This document shows, piece by piece, positions 1-13,003 of a DNA stretch of 64,000 bases; positions within the stretch are counted from its first letter, which is position 1; each line of letters starts with the position of its first letter. The stretch is taken from positions 26,662,001 to 26,726,000 of the forward strand of contig NC_045696.1 of assembly GCF_009834535.1 (NCBI RefSeq), read 5' to 3'. Under the pieces are notes generated by a model, which made no database searches, was not told where the DNA came from, and saw only the letters and a program-made list of their open reading frames with translations. The position numbers were made by a program, and so were the translations under genes. This DNA comes from Camelus ferus. Taxonomy: Eukaryota.

Positions 1-479
1 TTGAGGCAGCATATAGGCCGCTTTGGATTTATGCAGCAGGAATAAGTTAGGGGGATCAGAAAGGAACAGATACCTAAACAGCTATGATAGGATTCATTAG
101 TTTTATTCAAGGCATATTTATCATGTATATACACTGCCAGATCCAATAAAAGTTTCAGCAAAATAATTAATGTGAAATCAGAGGCTTGTTATAATTATTA
201 GTTTATATTTTGTAATAGCTTATAATATAGGCGTTATTACTTCTGTCAGTATTGAGAATACAATGCAGTAATTTCCCCAATGTCATATCTATGGTAATTA
301 CTGAGGCCAGGATTCAGACCTTAGCTGACATGCCAAAGCTCGAGTATCCATCATATTTTACATTTAACTGGAGGCAAAATGAGAAAACGTCTCATTAAGT
401 ATATATTATTTGTGGTAGACTAAGAAATATTAAAACCACATAAGGCCTACTGAAATAATTCAGATTAAAGAATAATTAG

Positions 480-1155
480 GCATATAAATACATAATTAAA
501 AGAGACAAATTAATGTTAGAATTATAGGGAGATCAAATCTACAAAACCTGGATGTGGAGTTAATAGAACTCAACTGGTGACTGCAGATGTTGTCAAAAAG
601 TAGATGTTTTGAACAAGGGGAGGATTAATAAAGAAGCAGAAGAATGAGGTGATGAGTTAGGCTTAAATATAATATCTTGAATTGCTGAAAGCACGTATAT
701 GGCCTCATGTCTAGTAGATAGATAGGAGGTCATAGTTTGAGAGAGGATTGAAATAGAGAAATAGGCTTGGTACATATCTAAAAGGAAAATCATTAAACTT
801 GTGGAAGCAAATGATATTCCAGGATTATTAGGGTGCTGGAAGAGAAAAAAAATAATGTCAAAAATAACCCTTGCTGGATACCTAAATTTTAAGAATGGGA
901 GGAGAAACAGATGTCAAAGGTGATTGTCAAAGACTCAATGTGTTGGTAGTCAGACAGAAAGGAGAAACTGTTTGTCATAAAAGCCAAGGGAAAAGAACTT
1001 CAAAAAAAAAAAATAGCAAGTTTAACTATGTCAATGTTTATCTTGAACTAAGTGGGGGAAAGCAATATGTGAACAGGCTATTAAACTTCTTGATGAAGAC
1101 ATTGTTAGTGAGCAGTTAGTTCAAGAAGTCTTGTGGGGCAGAAGCCATTAAAGCA
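480..1155 (-). mobile_element. L2 LINE fragment (ancient)
   Basis: Purine-rich sequence follows the reverse complement of L2 (gatgagttaggcttaaat..., tgtcataaaagccaagggaaaagaacttcaa, gtggggcagaagcc); highly diverged. Confidence 0.65.
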
Positions 1156-2084
1156 AGAAAATATATTCTTATTTCTGATTTTTATTAAATATGTATATTC
1201 ATTTTGTAAGAATTTACCCAAGCATCCTTTAATGCGACAACATATGCAGTGCTTTGGAAAAGTTTTACATTATACACAAATGCAGATAGGCAAAGTTAAT
1301 TTATTTTATTTTATTTTTGCCTTTTTGCCCCCAAAATTTTCATAAAATTTATGCAAAAATGAATTTCAAGATTTTTATCGATTATATTTTTTCTTCCCTT
1401 TAATATTTTCCTTGAATTTGTCAAAATACGGGCATGATTGTAGTATACATTTTTAAACTTTTTCTGAGCATGAGATAAATGCCTGTTTAAAAATACTTAG
1501 TTTAGGTTGTCTTGCTTGGTGTTTTATTTGCACAAGCTCATTTCACTTTCTTTGGTTAGCCATGCACATCTCTAATTTCAATTAGAATACTGGTCAGGAT
1601 CACAGTCCATTTCAGTGTCATTTGTATCAATTCTTTTTTGTTACAGGATTCTTTATGCTAAATTACTGGAAGCAGTGAAATCTTCAGTAGCATCGACCCA
1701 GGAAGAGTTAATTTTCAAGGCTGAACTGTTCCCAGAGTTCCCACTGTAATTGCTTCTGATTATTTGTATGTTGTAATGAAGCAATAATGATCAAAGCACA
1801 GGGTATTTCTTAGGGATTCATGACTGGATGGCTTCGCTTCAGGCCATTAACCCTAGTCATGAATTCCCCTGGAACTGCATTGTGCTGAGGTCATTATTGT
1901 TAATAACAGAGCTGTATGAAAACATTTGCACACACTCTGGAGTAAAATTGTTGATTATTTTCTGCCTGTAAAGTTTTGTGATTGAGAAAACTGTGAGTGG
2001 TAAAATATGACCAAGAGAGAAAAATAAATTATTGTTCACTGGAGAGGAATATGATATATATTTGACATATATGTAATATGATAT

Positions 2085-2125
2085 CATGTATATGTGTGTG
2101 TATATATATATATATATATACACAC
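2085..2125. repeat. Compound (TG)n(TA)n microsatellite
   Basis: tatgtgtgtgtatatatatatatatatatacacac. Confidence 0.9.
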
Positions 2126-3189
2126 ATTTATCTAAACGCTTAATGTGAACACTAGAGCAAGCATTGTATCTTTATTTTTCATCCTTGGATTGTATAAACA
2201 TACTTAATTTCTGAATATATTATATATCAGTCAAAGATTTTAAAGATTGCCATTCCTAATTATAGTTAAATTCTTCCTTATAAAAAACAAATACTGAGCA
2301 AATGTACTTTTTTTTCTCTGTTCCTCTCTCAGTGATGTCACTGGGAGAATGAATGTGAATAAAATTTTCTTTGAAAATTAATCCTCTGTTCAGTAACAAA
2401 CCAAAAATCCACTTTTGTTTTCTCCCTGTAATAATTTCCTTAAAATAATGACAGTGGTGGCACTATACTTATCACACTCAAAATGTTGTATTTTATTATT
2501 TTAAATATGATGGATACACACCACTGAAGTTCTCACCAAAAGAGTCACCACAATGTGAGATTTAAGACGGGAAAATTAAATAGTAAAACAACCTAACTTC
2601 TGTCTTAAAGTTCGAAGACCATTACTAATCAAAGAACTATAATTGAATATTCACTTTAAGCTTCAAGTTAAACTTTCTTAAGGGCAAATGGTTGCCCTCA
2701 GAAAGACATGAGACCAGGAGACACCAAATGGTCAAATTGGAATTGAGCAAAACTGAAGAAATTCTGTCCTCTCTTTCCTCTCTTTGTAAATGAAGTTGTT
2801 TCTATGATAGACCTCAGTCAGTCACCATGCAAGTTTACCTTATGGAGAAAGATCACTTCCGATTTTTAGTAAAGTTATAAATTTGTGCTTTTAAGACTAT
2901 TATGGGTAGTTGCTATTTAGTTTCTATCTTTTATATTCTCCTATATTTAAACAGTTAAATAGTGAGGAAAATAAACAAAAGGGAAAGGGATTCAGCTATG
3001 GAGGATTTCAGATATTTTCTTTATAAAATTCACTCTATCCAATACAGCTGAAAATATTTTTTAAAAAACTAACAAGCAAAAAATAGCTTGGATAAAACGT
3101 TTTTATCCCTAATTATAGCAGAAAACTAGTGATTCAATCTGTATTTCTCAAACAGGTGCAAATCAATGAAATGTGAATTAGTGGAAAGA

Positions 3190-3300
3190 TCTATCCTCAT
3201 TTTACAGATGAGAAAGCATAGCTCAAGTAACTAATTTAACTGAGGTGAATCACCTACACAGAACAGCAGAACTGGCTTTAAATTACTCACAAGGCCTATT
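3190..3300 (-). mobile_element. MIR SINE fragment
   Basis: MIR core tatcctcattttacagatgagaaagc. Confidence 0.7.
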
Positions 3301-3418
3301 TTTCTCCCTTGTTCCACTTGGTTTTTATCACAGAGAAACTTTCACTAGTGTGTCTTTTTAAAATACTTTCTGGAGATACATAGATGTCAACAGCAAGACA
3401 ACTATTTTTAATAGCTGG

Positions 3419-3731
3419 TGTGATGATTAATCTCATGTGTTAACTTAGTGGGGCCATGGTGCCCAGATATTTAGTAAAACATTATTCTGTGAAGTTCTTT
3501 TTTTTTTTTTTTTTTTTGCATGAGGTTAACATTTACATCAATGGACACCTGAGTAGAGAGCAGATTACATGCCATAGTATGGGTGGGCCTCATTCAATCA
3601 GGTGAAGGCATCACAAACCTCTACAATCTCATGAGCCAATTTCTTAATATAGATCTTCCTCCTTCTCACTTTGTTTGAACGTATACACATACACATCCTG
3701 TTGGTTTCCCTGGACAGTCTTGTTTAATACA
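3419..3731 (+). mobile_element. MLT2 (ERV-L) solo LTR, internally deleted
   Basis: Starts tgtgatgattaatctcatgtgttaactt...gtgcccagatatt and ends taataca; 5-bp flanks gctgg/gcagg (4/5 TSD). Confidence 0.85.
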
Positions 3732-5704
3732 GCAGGGAGAAGAAAGAAAGAGGAAATGTTGTGAGGGATCAAATGTATGTAGAAAGAGTACAGGTATGGA
3801 GGACATAGTACGAATTTGAAAATATCTTTGGATGGGTTCCAAAGGGATCTCTACCCCTTCCCTATCCCCAGAAACAAACAAAATACCACCCCCAAAACCT
3901 CTAGGTAGAGTGTGGGGTTGATATGAGGATCTAGTGATATTTTATTTATGCTTCCTGGCACACTGAAATGCTAAAACTATTTATATTTGGTATACCTAAA
4001 CTCTGATTTCTCTTATAAATATATTGGTTCATGGGTAGCTTAAGATTAAATAATATTTAGGAAATAAATGCTTTTTCCAAAATAATTTTTGAAGCAGAAT
4101 ATATATGAATGAACTATGTGTATGTATATCTGTGGAAATGATAATTAGCTAAATAGGGAAATGTGGAGGTTGGGGAAAGTGTCTCCTTTGTGATTCATAT
4201 TTCACAAAGACTTCTTTTTTCTATAAAATTAATTTGCTGCAGAAAGAAAGAAAACCTGAAAGCCTTAATTTAATAACATATCATCTCTCCCAGAGGCTTA
4301 TTATTTCAATTACATCTAATTATATACACAGATAATATATGTGTATATATATATATATTCATATTTATATGCAGGGTGACCTATTTGCAAAGAGCTTCAT
4401 TTTACACCTTATTGTTTTAACAGACCACCCACACATGCTTCAGAAATACTTCCCCCTATGTAGCTGCATAAGGTTCTTTCTTCTGTAACAGTCCTACCGG
4501 TGGGGGAGGTTTCCTCAAAGGCAGGGCCACACCTGGACCAGGAGGCTTTGTCTGGGATGGCGGCATGTAGAAGAGAATCAAGGTTCCCTATCCCTGGACT
4601 CCACATTGAGTGAAGATGATTCTTTCTTTTGGAGGGAAATGATATTTGCTGCTATCCTTCTGTATTTAACTGGTTATATTGCTAAATTGTGTCTCTAAAA
4701 TATCATTTCCAGCACTGGCAAGGAGGGAGGTCCATGGAAAAGAAGGCAAGAACTCTAGAGGGATGATTGGGGCTCCTTTTGACCTAGATTCTTCTGGCTA
4801 ATTTTAGTCTGTATAGCATGTTTTATGTGTTTAAGGGAAGATGCTTTCACACCCATATCTGTGGGGCAGAGATAGGGAAATTGTTCCCATTTGAGACAGT
4901 TACTTTGGTTGCTGCCTCCTGGCCTGCCTTCTTTGAAATCTCTCCTGCATGACAGCATTTTCAGGATGGAAGGTAGGAAAGACCCTTTTCCTTAGGAATA
5001 AATACAGATGAACAGTGAAAGTCTACAGAGAGATGCTTCCTCTACAATTATTTCACAGAATAAAAAAGTGGCAGGGTTCATCTTCATTATTTTATTTTCT
5101 GTAGTGCCTTTCACAAGAGGAGCTCAATTTGATAATTTGATGATGAGTTATGATGATGATCAATTAAAAGTGAAGTATTATTCATGATAACTGAGGGATT
5201 AAAATGAAAAGTTTTCATTTCAGAATGGTGCCAAAAGCAAAATTTTACATAAGTGGTATTATCCATCCTTAGCTTAAGATGCAGGCATCCTTCCCTATGA
5301 GAACAATTTTTAGGTAATATTTGTTGATTGCTATTCCATTTACAAATGTAACAAAATCATCCATAATTCTATCAATGTGAATAAAAGGCTTTTCCCTCTT
5401 CTTTCCAAATTTACATACTTATACATGATAAAAATGGTACTATGAAAACACATAAATCTTTCAGATATTATTTAGTGGAAGGATACTATTCAATACAGAA
5501 TATGAAAACCCTTCTACTAACAAATTTGATGAAGATGCTATGGTGTTCCCAAAGGAGATTCTGTTATCCTATTAATGCCTAAATTGTCATTATAAAATAA
5601 ACTTGCAAATTTATTATTCCTTTAGAGACATCTCTGCCATTCTTTATCCAGCTTTCCATAGTACCACATTCCTGCAAAATTCTTGCTGAAATTCTAAGAC
5701 TATC

Positions 5705-5905
5705 TTATATTTACAAGTTTTATAATGTGCACAGTACTTTCACAATTATTATCTCAATGTTTCTGTGTTTCATAAAGATAACAATAGACAATTATCCCTA
5801 ATTTCACAGATGCATAAATTAAGCCTCACACAGATTTGCTGAAATTTTCACAAGTAAAATGGTAGTAGTTGGGCCAGGACTAAACCTAAATTTCTGGTTC
5901 ACAAA
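5705..5905 (-). mobile_element. MIR SINE
   Basis: actttcacaattattatctca...ttatccctaatttcacagatgc...gggccaggactaaacc. Confidence 0.7.
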
Positions 5906-6839
5906 AAAGTCATATGTTATGTCATAGATTCCTAAATTTATTCATATAAATAATCATCAGCAATGGCTTAAAAATTGGAGTATTCAAGAACTATTCTTTT
6001 GGGTCCCTCTGCTTCATTGTTGTTCCATTGGCCCCTCTGGGACTCTCTTTAGTTTCAGGATTCTTGATCCATGTCCACCATGTACGTGTCATCATTTCAG
6101 TGGTGCAAATGAATATTACAGTATGAGCAACTTCTTCTCTCCTCTGAATTAAATAGTCATTTATTTTCTTACACATCCATTTATTTCGTGCAGCACAGGT
6201 TCCAGCAGTAGGTCTTAAGCTGAATAGCCACTGGAAATCCAAACAAGTCAGAGAATGAATAGGCTAATCTTACAGGAACTAAGTGGGCAGCAAGAGTCAG
6301 AAGGGGAGAAGAAAAAGTAAATGCTGGAAAGGGCAATTGGATTGTCACATTAATCCAAAACCATGGGCTCCTTAACTCCTTGGGACAATGGCTGGATGTG
6401 AATTCCCAGTGTAATGAATCAAACCCTGCTCACTGTAATACTTAGTTATCCTCTGATTGTCTTCTGGCCCATTTCTTTTAAAACAATGCCAGAGCCTTGA
6501 GGGTGGAGACCATAATAAAATTTGAGTCAAATAAAATGCTTCACTAGTAGAGTTCCTGTGTAAAATTGAGATTACAAGCTTTGTCTTCAGGCAACGGGGT
6601 GTAATTCCAGGAAAGAAAGTTATGTCTTATCATCAGCGTCAGCATCAGGATTTCAGAAAGTAAAGGCAAGTGGGCACAGATAAGGCACAAAAGTCAATAA
6701 CGTGTCCTGCCAGCAGTTCTAGATGAAGAAATTCTGAGTAGTGGATCTGCCCTCCATGGTGGTTACAGGATTAAAAGTGAACCCATCTTGAGAGTAAATA
6801 AGAAAAAACACTGTAGGCTCATCAGAGAGGGAAATTTTA

Positions 6840-7742
6840 AAAAATGACTGAAGTATAACTGACTTACAATATCATATTACTTTCAGGTGTACAACATAGT
6901 GATTCAATTTTTTTTTACAGATTACACACCATGCGAAGTGATTATAAAATACTGACTATATTCCTTGTGATGTATGTGACATCCCAGTGACTTACATTGT
7001 TTTAAAATTGGTACTTTGTAGCTCTTAAGCCCCTTCACCTATTTTGCCCCTACCCCTGCCTCTCTCCCTGTGTTAACCACTAGTTGTTCTCTGTATCTGT
7101 GAGCCTGTTCCTATTTTGTTATGCTTGTTCATTTGCTTTGCTTTTTAGATTCCACATATAGGTGAAAACATACAGTTTTGACTTTCTCTGGCTTATTTCA
7201 CTAAGCATAATGCTCTCCAGGTCCATCCATGCTGTTGCAGATGGTAAGATTTCATTCTTCGTGTGACTCAGTAATACTCCATTGTATGTATTTGCCACCT
7301 CTTTAACTACATATCTGCCGATGGGCACTTGGTTTGCTTCCATATCTTGCCTATTGTAAATAATGCTGCTATGAACATTGGGGTGTATATATCTTTTTGA
7401 ACTAGTGTTTTTGTTTTCTTTGAATAAATATCCAGGAGTGAAAATGTTGGATTGCGTGGCAGTTCTATTTTTAATTTTTTGAGGAAACTCCATACTGTTT
7501 TCCAGAGTAGCTATACCAATTTACATTCCCACCAACAGTGTGCTAGGTTTCCTTTTTCTCCACATCCTTGCCAACACTTATTATTTCTTGCCTTTTTGAT
7601 GATAGACATTCTGATATGTGTAAGGTGATCTCTCTTTGTGGCTTTGATTTGCATTTCCCTGATGATTAGAATGTTGAGCATCTTTTCATGTACCCATTGG
7701 ACATCTGTAAGTCTTCTATGGAGAAATGCCTACTCAGGTCCT
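6840..7742 (-). mobile_element. L1 3' end (ORF2 C-terminus + 3'UTR), 5'-truncated
   Basis: Tail motif tgaagtataactgacttacaat; ORF 7119-7493 ends in L1-like ...WMDLESIMLSEISQ; diverged TSD-like flanks gagagggaaatttta (6825-6839) and gagagggagaattgta (7743-7758). Confidence 0.92.
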
Positions 7743-8671
7743 GAGAGGGAGAATTGTATGTTTTAGAGTAAAGATAAGTTATGGGAGTAAGTGATTTTAC
7801 TCATTGTCTCTGTCTTAATGTAGCCTGAGAATTTTCTCTCACATGGGAGTTAGGTGTTCAACTCTAACTGTGCAAGGCATTGTGCTTAACTTTGGGGGAA
7901 TAAAAAAAGGAATAAGGCTAATTCCTTGAATTTAAACATAGGTGCTTAGATCCTATAAATGTCAAAAAAAAAAAAAAATGGAGAACCAAAACAGAACCTA
8001 AGTGTGGAAAATTGAAGGGACAATAAACACTGAAATGGTCATCTTTCAGCTGGCCACTGAAGGGTGGGATCAACTTTATCCGCTTGACATCTGGATTGAG
8101 GCACACTGACCTGTGGCATTAATCATTTTTTACTGCACTGAGATTTGAGTAAAACTCTCAAAATTATATGAAGGATAATTATGAAAATAACTATATGAAA
8201 TATGACATTGAGTCTATTGTAGAGTGTGGCCAATGACTTTGCTCTTTATAGCATAGGAATCCTGAGAGAAACTGCTGTCTAGTCTTAGTTTCAGAAATAT
8301 TTCTCTTTAATCATTGGTTCATTGTATGGACTCTCTAAATTGTGTAAATGACCAGGTTTTAATTTTAACACAGTCTGTTTGAAATGAAATGCTTGGCCCA
8401 GCCACGTTCTGGTTTCATTTGCTAGTCCTAGTCTTGTTTTCCTTTATTCTTTTGCCCCATTCTTAGGTCTGCTTATTACATTTTGTCTATCTTGCCTTTC
8501 ATCTTTTCTACATGAAGTAGGGTAAACATGGCTTAAGAAAAAAAACCAAAACTTAAAATGGTGAAAATATAGTTACGAAGTATAGTCAGCCTGGAGGTAA
8601 CCAGAATGTGAACAGAGATGTGGTTTGTCAGAAACTGTAATACCCTTTCAAACATAACATTTCTATAGAAG

Positions 8672-8735
8672 CTCCATTAAAAAATAAATAAATAATAAAT
8701 AAACCTAATTACCTCCCCCCTCCGAAAAAAAGAAC
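8672..8735 (+). mobile_element. 3' fragment of camelid-type tRNA-derived SINE (Vic-1-like)
   Basis: ctccattaaaaaataaataaataataaataaacctaattacctccccc matches the tail of the full copies at 23332 and 52921. Confidence 0.8.
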
Positions 8736-8844
8736 AATAAAGATTACTTACAGAATTTTACAGACAACCTCTGAATTCAGAATTTTGGCTACCTCTATGC
8801 TAAAATCTTCAGTGACTATACATTCCCTACTTTTTTTTTTTTCC

Positions 8845-8990
8845 CAGGTCCACTCTAATTCAGTATGACCTCATCTTAACTTGATTATATCTACAAAGAC
8901 TCTATTTCCAAATAAGGTCACATTTATAAGCACTGGGGGTTAGGCCTTGAATTTGAACATATCTTTTTGGAAACATAATTCAACCCACAG
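8845..8990 (-). mobile_element. MLT1 (MaLR) LTR 5' fragment
   Basis: gtatgacctcatcttaacttgattatatctacaaagactctatttccaaataaggtcac...aattcaacccacagca. Confidence 0.8.
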
Positions 8991-9739
8991 CAAACAGTAA
9001 CGATACAGCAAAAATTATACTACAAGCCAGGTTTTGCTCTTGCTCTCCATTGAGTCTTGTTACAAACTCCCTACTTCTCATCTCAAGTAGCTGTACAAGT
9101 TCATAGTTCCACACTCATCTCCCAATATTTCCACTCTCAGCGATTGCTGCTCTGCCTCTGCTTTTGTATCTGAATTCTCCCTCATGGGATAGTCCCTTTT
9201 GATGAATGAGTCATTGGCTGAGATAACCAGATGATTATTTCAGTTGTTATATGATTCCTCCTTCCAGATGACCAAATCTGGACTCCAGTGAGCAAGAGAT
9301 AACCACATTTCCTCATGGATTCATGTCCTGGAATGTTGATGCCACCACTTGTCTCAGACAGAGGATCCCACACAAGGCTTAATCCAAGTAAGGGGTCTTC
9401 GCTGACCCTTTCCCAGTATGTAACAGTTACCAACATAACATGCATGGAATTTGGAACTGGATCGAGATGAGTTTAACCTCTGATTTTGAAAATACTGGGG
9501 CGGACTGCTGTACCTGGTCTTGGAGAGGCTCAACCATGTGTAAAACTGAGTCCCAGCTTCCCTGACACTCCAAAGACTAAAGTGGAACAACTGTGAGTTC
9601 CATTAGTCGCATAGGAAACATACTAGTTCATCAAAAGAGATAAATCGTGTTCACATACAACTGTATAGTAATTGAACAAAAAATACATTCTGGTTTTGCC
9701 TCTCCTGAAGTGCATGAATTCACACATTAATTCAACCCT

Positions 9740-9866
9740 TAAAATGTGTTCATGTTAAAAATGAAGGAAAAAACACCTCACAGTTTGGTTGTGAGAAATG
9801 AAGAAAATATTAAAATTTTTGTCACTGTTCTAGCACACAATAGATGCTCAATGAATGTTAGTTCCC
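9740..9866 (+). mobile_element. MIR SINE 3' part
   Basis: acctcacagtttggttgtgag...ctagcacacaatagatgctcaatgaatgttag. Confidence 0.7.
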
Positions 9867-11199
9867 ACTCTTCCCACATAAACAGCAATAGAGCTCACAG
9901 TGTCATCAGTATCATTCTATTATGCTCTGCTTCAGGACAGGTTTTCAGGGCATGTTTACATTTATTTTGTAAAATATTTATGCCCATGATATTCCTAGGA
10001 ATTTCCTTTAATTTCTTTCAGTAATAAATATTTGTTTACATAGTTATTTTTTCTCCTCTACCCAAAATTATTCACCAGAGTTCACACAGGTTTTGCAAGC
10101 CAGATCCCTGAGACTAACCTTTCCAACCTAGCTAACCCAACATTTTTCAAATTAACAGATTGAGGTGATGCATAGAATTACAGTAGGCATTTTCCTCTTC
10201 TCTTAATTTTTAGGTCCCCAAAGGCTACCTGAATACCTAGTGTGAAACCTGGAGGCAGAACATCATTATTTAAAATACGAAAAATCTCTCCAGTTGTTGG
10301 CCAAACCTCCTTTCCAGATACAGGACAAAAGCAGCAAGGCCATAACAAAATGCCAGAAAATTTATCTGAAAACTTCAATTAAAGAAATATGATTTTTTTT
10401 CAGACATTATCAAAGGTTGACAATGCAATTTAGATTGCATACTAATTTCAAAAATTATCATATCCAAGTGATAATCAATATGGCTCATTTGTTTGTAATT
10501 TATAAATAATGATAACATATTTGCAATAAAGTAGTTAGCTTGGTTTTTTAATAAGACCAAATATCTATTCATTCACATTTGAAAGCAGATAATCTACCAG
10601 AACTCATTTTGAAGTTGGTGGAGGAAGTTGAGAAGAGAAAAAAAAACTTTTCAGAATAGGGTTCAGTTAAACATTGCTACATTATTTAGATAAACAATGT
10701 AACTGACAATAAAAGGAAAATGACATACCAGTAAATGTTTATTTCCTTATAATTTACCCTCCCTAATGGATATCAATCTTAACCTGCCATAAACTAAATT
10801 TAGTACCCAAGTAAGAATGCTACAACTCTCTTTATATTATCAGTAACACAAGCATGATTGCAGAATTTGTATATCTTGAAGTTTATAATATTTCCTGCTT
10901 TGTGAAATCAGGATAAAAATCTGCTTTCATTAGTAAGTTTGGGGTTTTAGGGTCAAGGCAAGTGGAGACTCAGAGTGACAGCTTTTGAAGAGTTAAATTT
11001 GTATGTTGCTTTAAAACATCTAATCTAGGCTTGTGTGCTTGTGAAACATTGGAAAATGTCATTGTAATATTGATGTATGCTTCCCTAACATGTAGCATAT
11101 TTTTAGTAACCTCCTCAAAAATATTTTCCGTAATTGTATTATTTCTATTTTCTGTCTTGCTGTTTTATTCAAATAAGTTATCAGTCTAGTTTCTTATTC

Positions 11200-12680
11200 T
11201 TTTATGAAACTGTGCTACATTTTGCACACGTGAAGTCTGCACATCTACACATATTTTTTTTCCCTTTTACTTTTAAATGCTTCTGGGTGTATTTCCTAAG
11301 AATAAGAATATTCTTTCATGACCACTGTATAGTTAAAATTTTAGAGATTTTTATATTGATTCACTATGTTTTCTGCTCTACATATTCCAATTTTGTCAAT
11401 AACATTCTTTACGGCAACTTTTCCCTCTACAGTCCAAGATCCAGTCCAAAATCACACATTGTGTGTAGTTTCCTTCTGAATCTGGAACACTCTTCAGCTG
11501 TTAACTTTCATGACAGAAACAGTTTGGAAGATTACAGACCCTCTCTTTTTTCTTTTTCATAATGTGTTTTAATGGGTTTGTCAGAAATTTCCTCACATTA
11601 GTTTCACATTTAGATACATATCCTGGCTCTCAGTGCTATATAAAACATACCGTGCCCTATTTAAGGTATCATATTAAGAAGTTCACATATGTCTGTCTGT
11701 GCCTCAATGTTTTATAATTCATTACTCTCCCTGTTTAATTATCTTGTTCCAGGCTTGGTTAGTGGCATCTCCTTCAGGCTATGATGGTGTCCTTTTAACA
11801 AGTCATCATTTCTTTTTACACATTTTTACTTTCTGGCATAAAAAAATTAGTCCAGACTCAACTTACCCAGTTCTGGACCATGAATTGGTAAATTACCTGA
11901 GGATTCCTGTTCAATTTTTCATGGAGAGTGTTAACAGAGATGTGTGGGTTCTACATACGCTCATTGCCACTGAAGTTTCTTATGGATGCTTGCAACAGAG
12001 AGTAGTAGTATTTATAACATAAATTCATACTGATACATCCAACTGTAATCCATCTCAACACTATTCTTCCTTCCCTCATGCCTTGCTGCCATTTTATATA
12101 TTCTTTCATCTATAATGAGGACCTTGGCTCCCAGCAATATTAATATACTTATTTTCTCAAACCTATAAATCCTCTGTAATAACCTGAGAATTGTTTCGTC
12201 CATACTACTACAAAAAAGGAATTCTACATAAAGAGCTCAAGATTTCTTTGCATTTCTCTCCAAATCTCCATATCCCACCCCTGGACTAAGGGTATAAAGT
12301 CACATACTGTGTTCTAGGTTGCTGTGATTAAATTTTCTGTTTTGTTCAGCTTTTTATCTCTTTGATGCAATATTGAAATAGTTGAGTTCATTTGTTTCAG
12401 TTTTAGTTTTTTTATTCTCACTGTTGTTGACTTATTTTAAATTTCTGAATGTGTAAAACATTAACTTGCTTCCAAGAGTCAAAACTATGTGAAAAGGTAT
12501 ACTCATAAAGTGGAACTCCTTTTTTCCCTTCTCCTTTCCACTCATACCTGGCCTGTAATAATTTCATAGTTTTCTGGTTCATCTTTCTTATATTTTCCTG
12601 TGAAAAACAGATATATGCATGCTTTCTTTATATATATATATATTTTCTTTTGCCTTTTTTTTTTAATTTAACAATTTATC
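11200..12680 (-). mobile_element. Old L1 (L1MC/L1ME-type) 3' region
   Basis: T-rich sequence with gtgtatttcctaagaataagaatattctt and aacttgcttccaagagtcaaaactat motifs. Confidence 0.65.
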
Positions 12681-12960
12681 CTTAGGGGAGAAAGTGGGAA
12701 AACTTTTAAAGAGAGAATGAATTTTGCAGCATTCACATCCTAAAACACACATTTAGAACTCAATGCCTTCCATGCCTTAGTTGCAGAAATGACAAAATTT
12801 GCCCTTTTGTGTAGAGCTTTCTAAAGTCTGGTTTTGATAATTTGCAGACATGTAAACTAAGGAATACTTTTTGCTGCCATTTCTAATCCTATTTGAGTTT
12901 TCTAGTGGATTCTGAGAATCATATAAAATTTTTACATAAGCAAACAATGCAGTAAATCAC

Positions 12961-12964
<4 letters not shown>

Positions 12965-13000
<36 letters not shown>
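12965..13000. repeat. (GT)18 microsatellite
   Basis: Perfect GT run. Confidence 0.97.

Positions 13001-13003
<3 letters not shown>

Noticed and set aside
4420..4610. GC-richer patch with two acceptor-like sites
   Set aside because: No convincing donor and no recognisable peptide in any frame.
7119..7493. 124-aa minus-strand ORF
   Set aside because: Frame-shifted translation of a decayed L1 ORF2/3'UTR.
9196..9637. 11-bp inverted repeat cttttgatgaa / ttcatcaaaag about 430 bp apart
   Set aside because: No TSD or known TIR, and the similarity does not extend cleanly; compatible with chance in AT-rich DNA.
10190..10245. Strong acceptor followed by GPQRLPEYLV-stop (possible terminal exon)
   Set aside because: Too short to assign; no linked upstream exon or recognisable protein.
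11134..12022. 142-aa and 107-aa Phe/Leu-rich ORFs
   Set aside because: By-product of T-rich antisense old L1 sequence.
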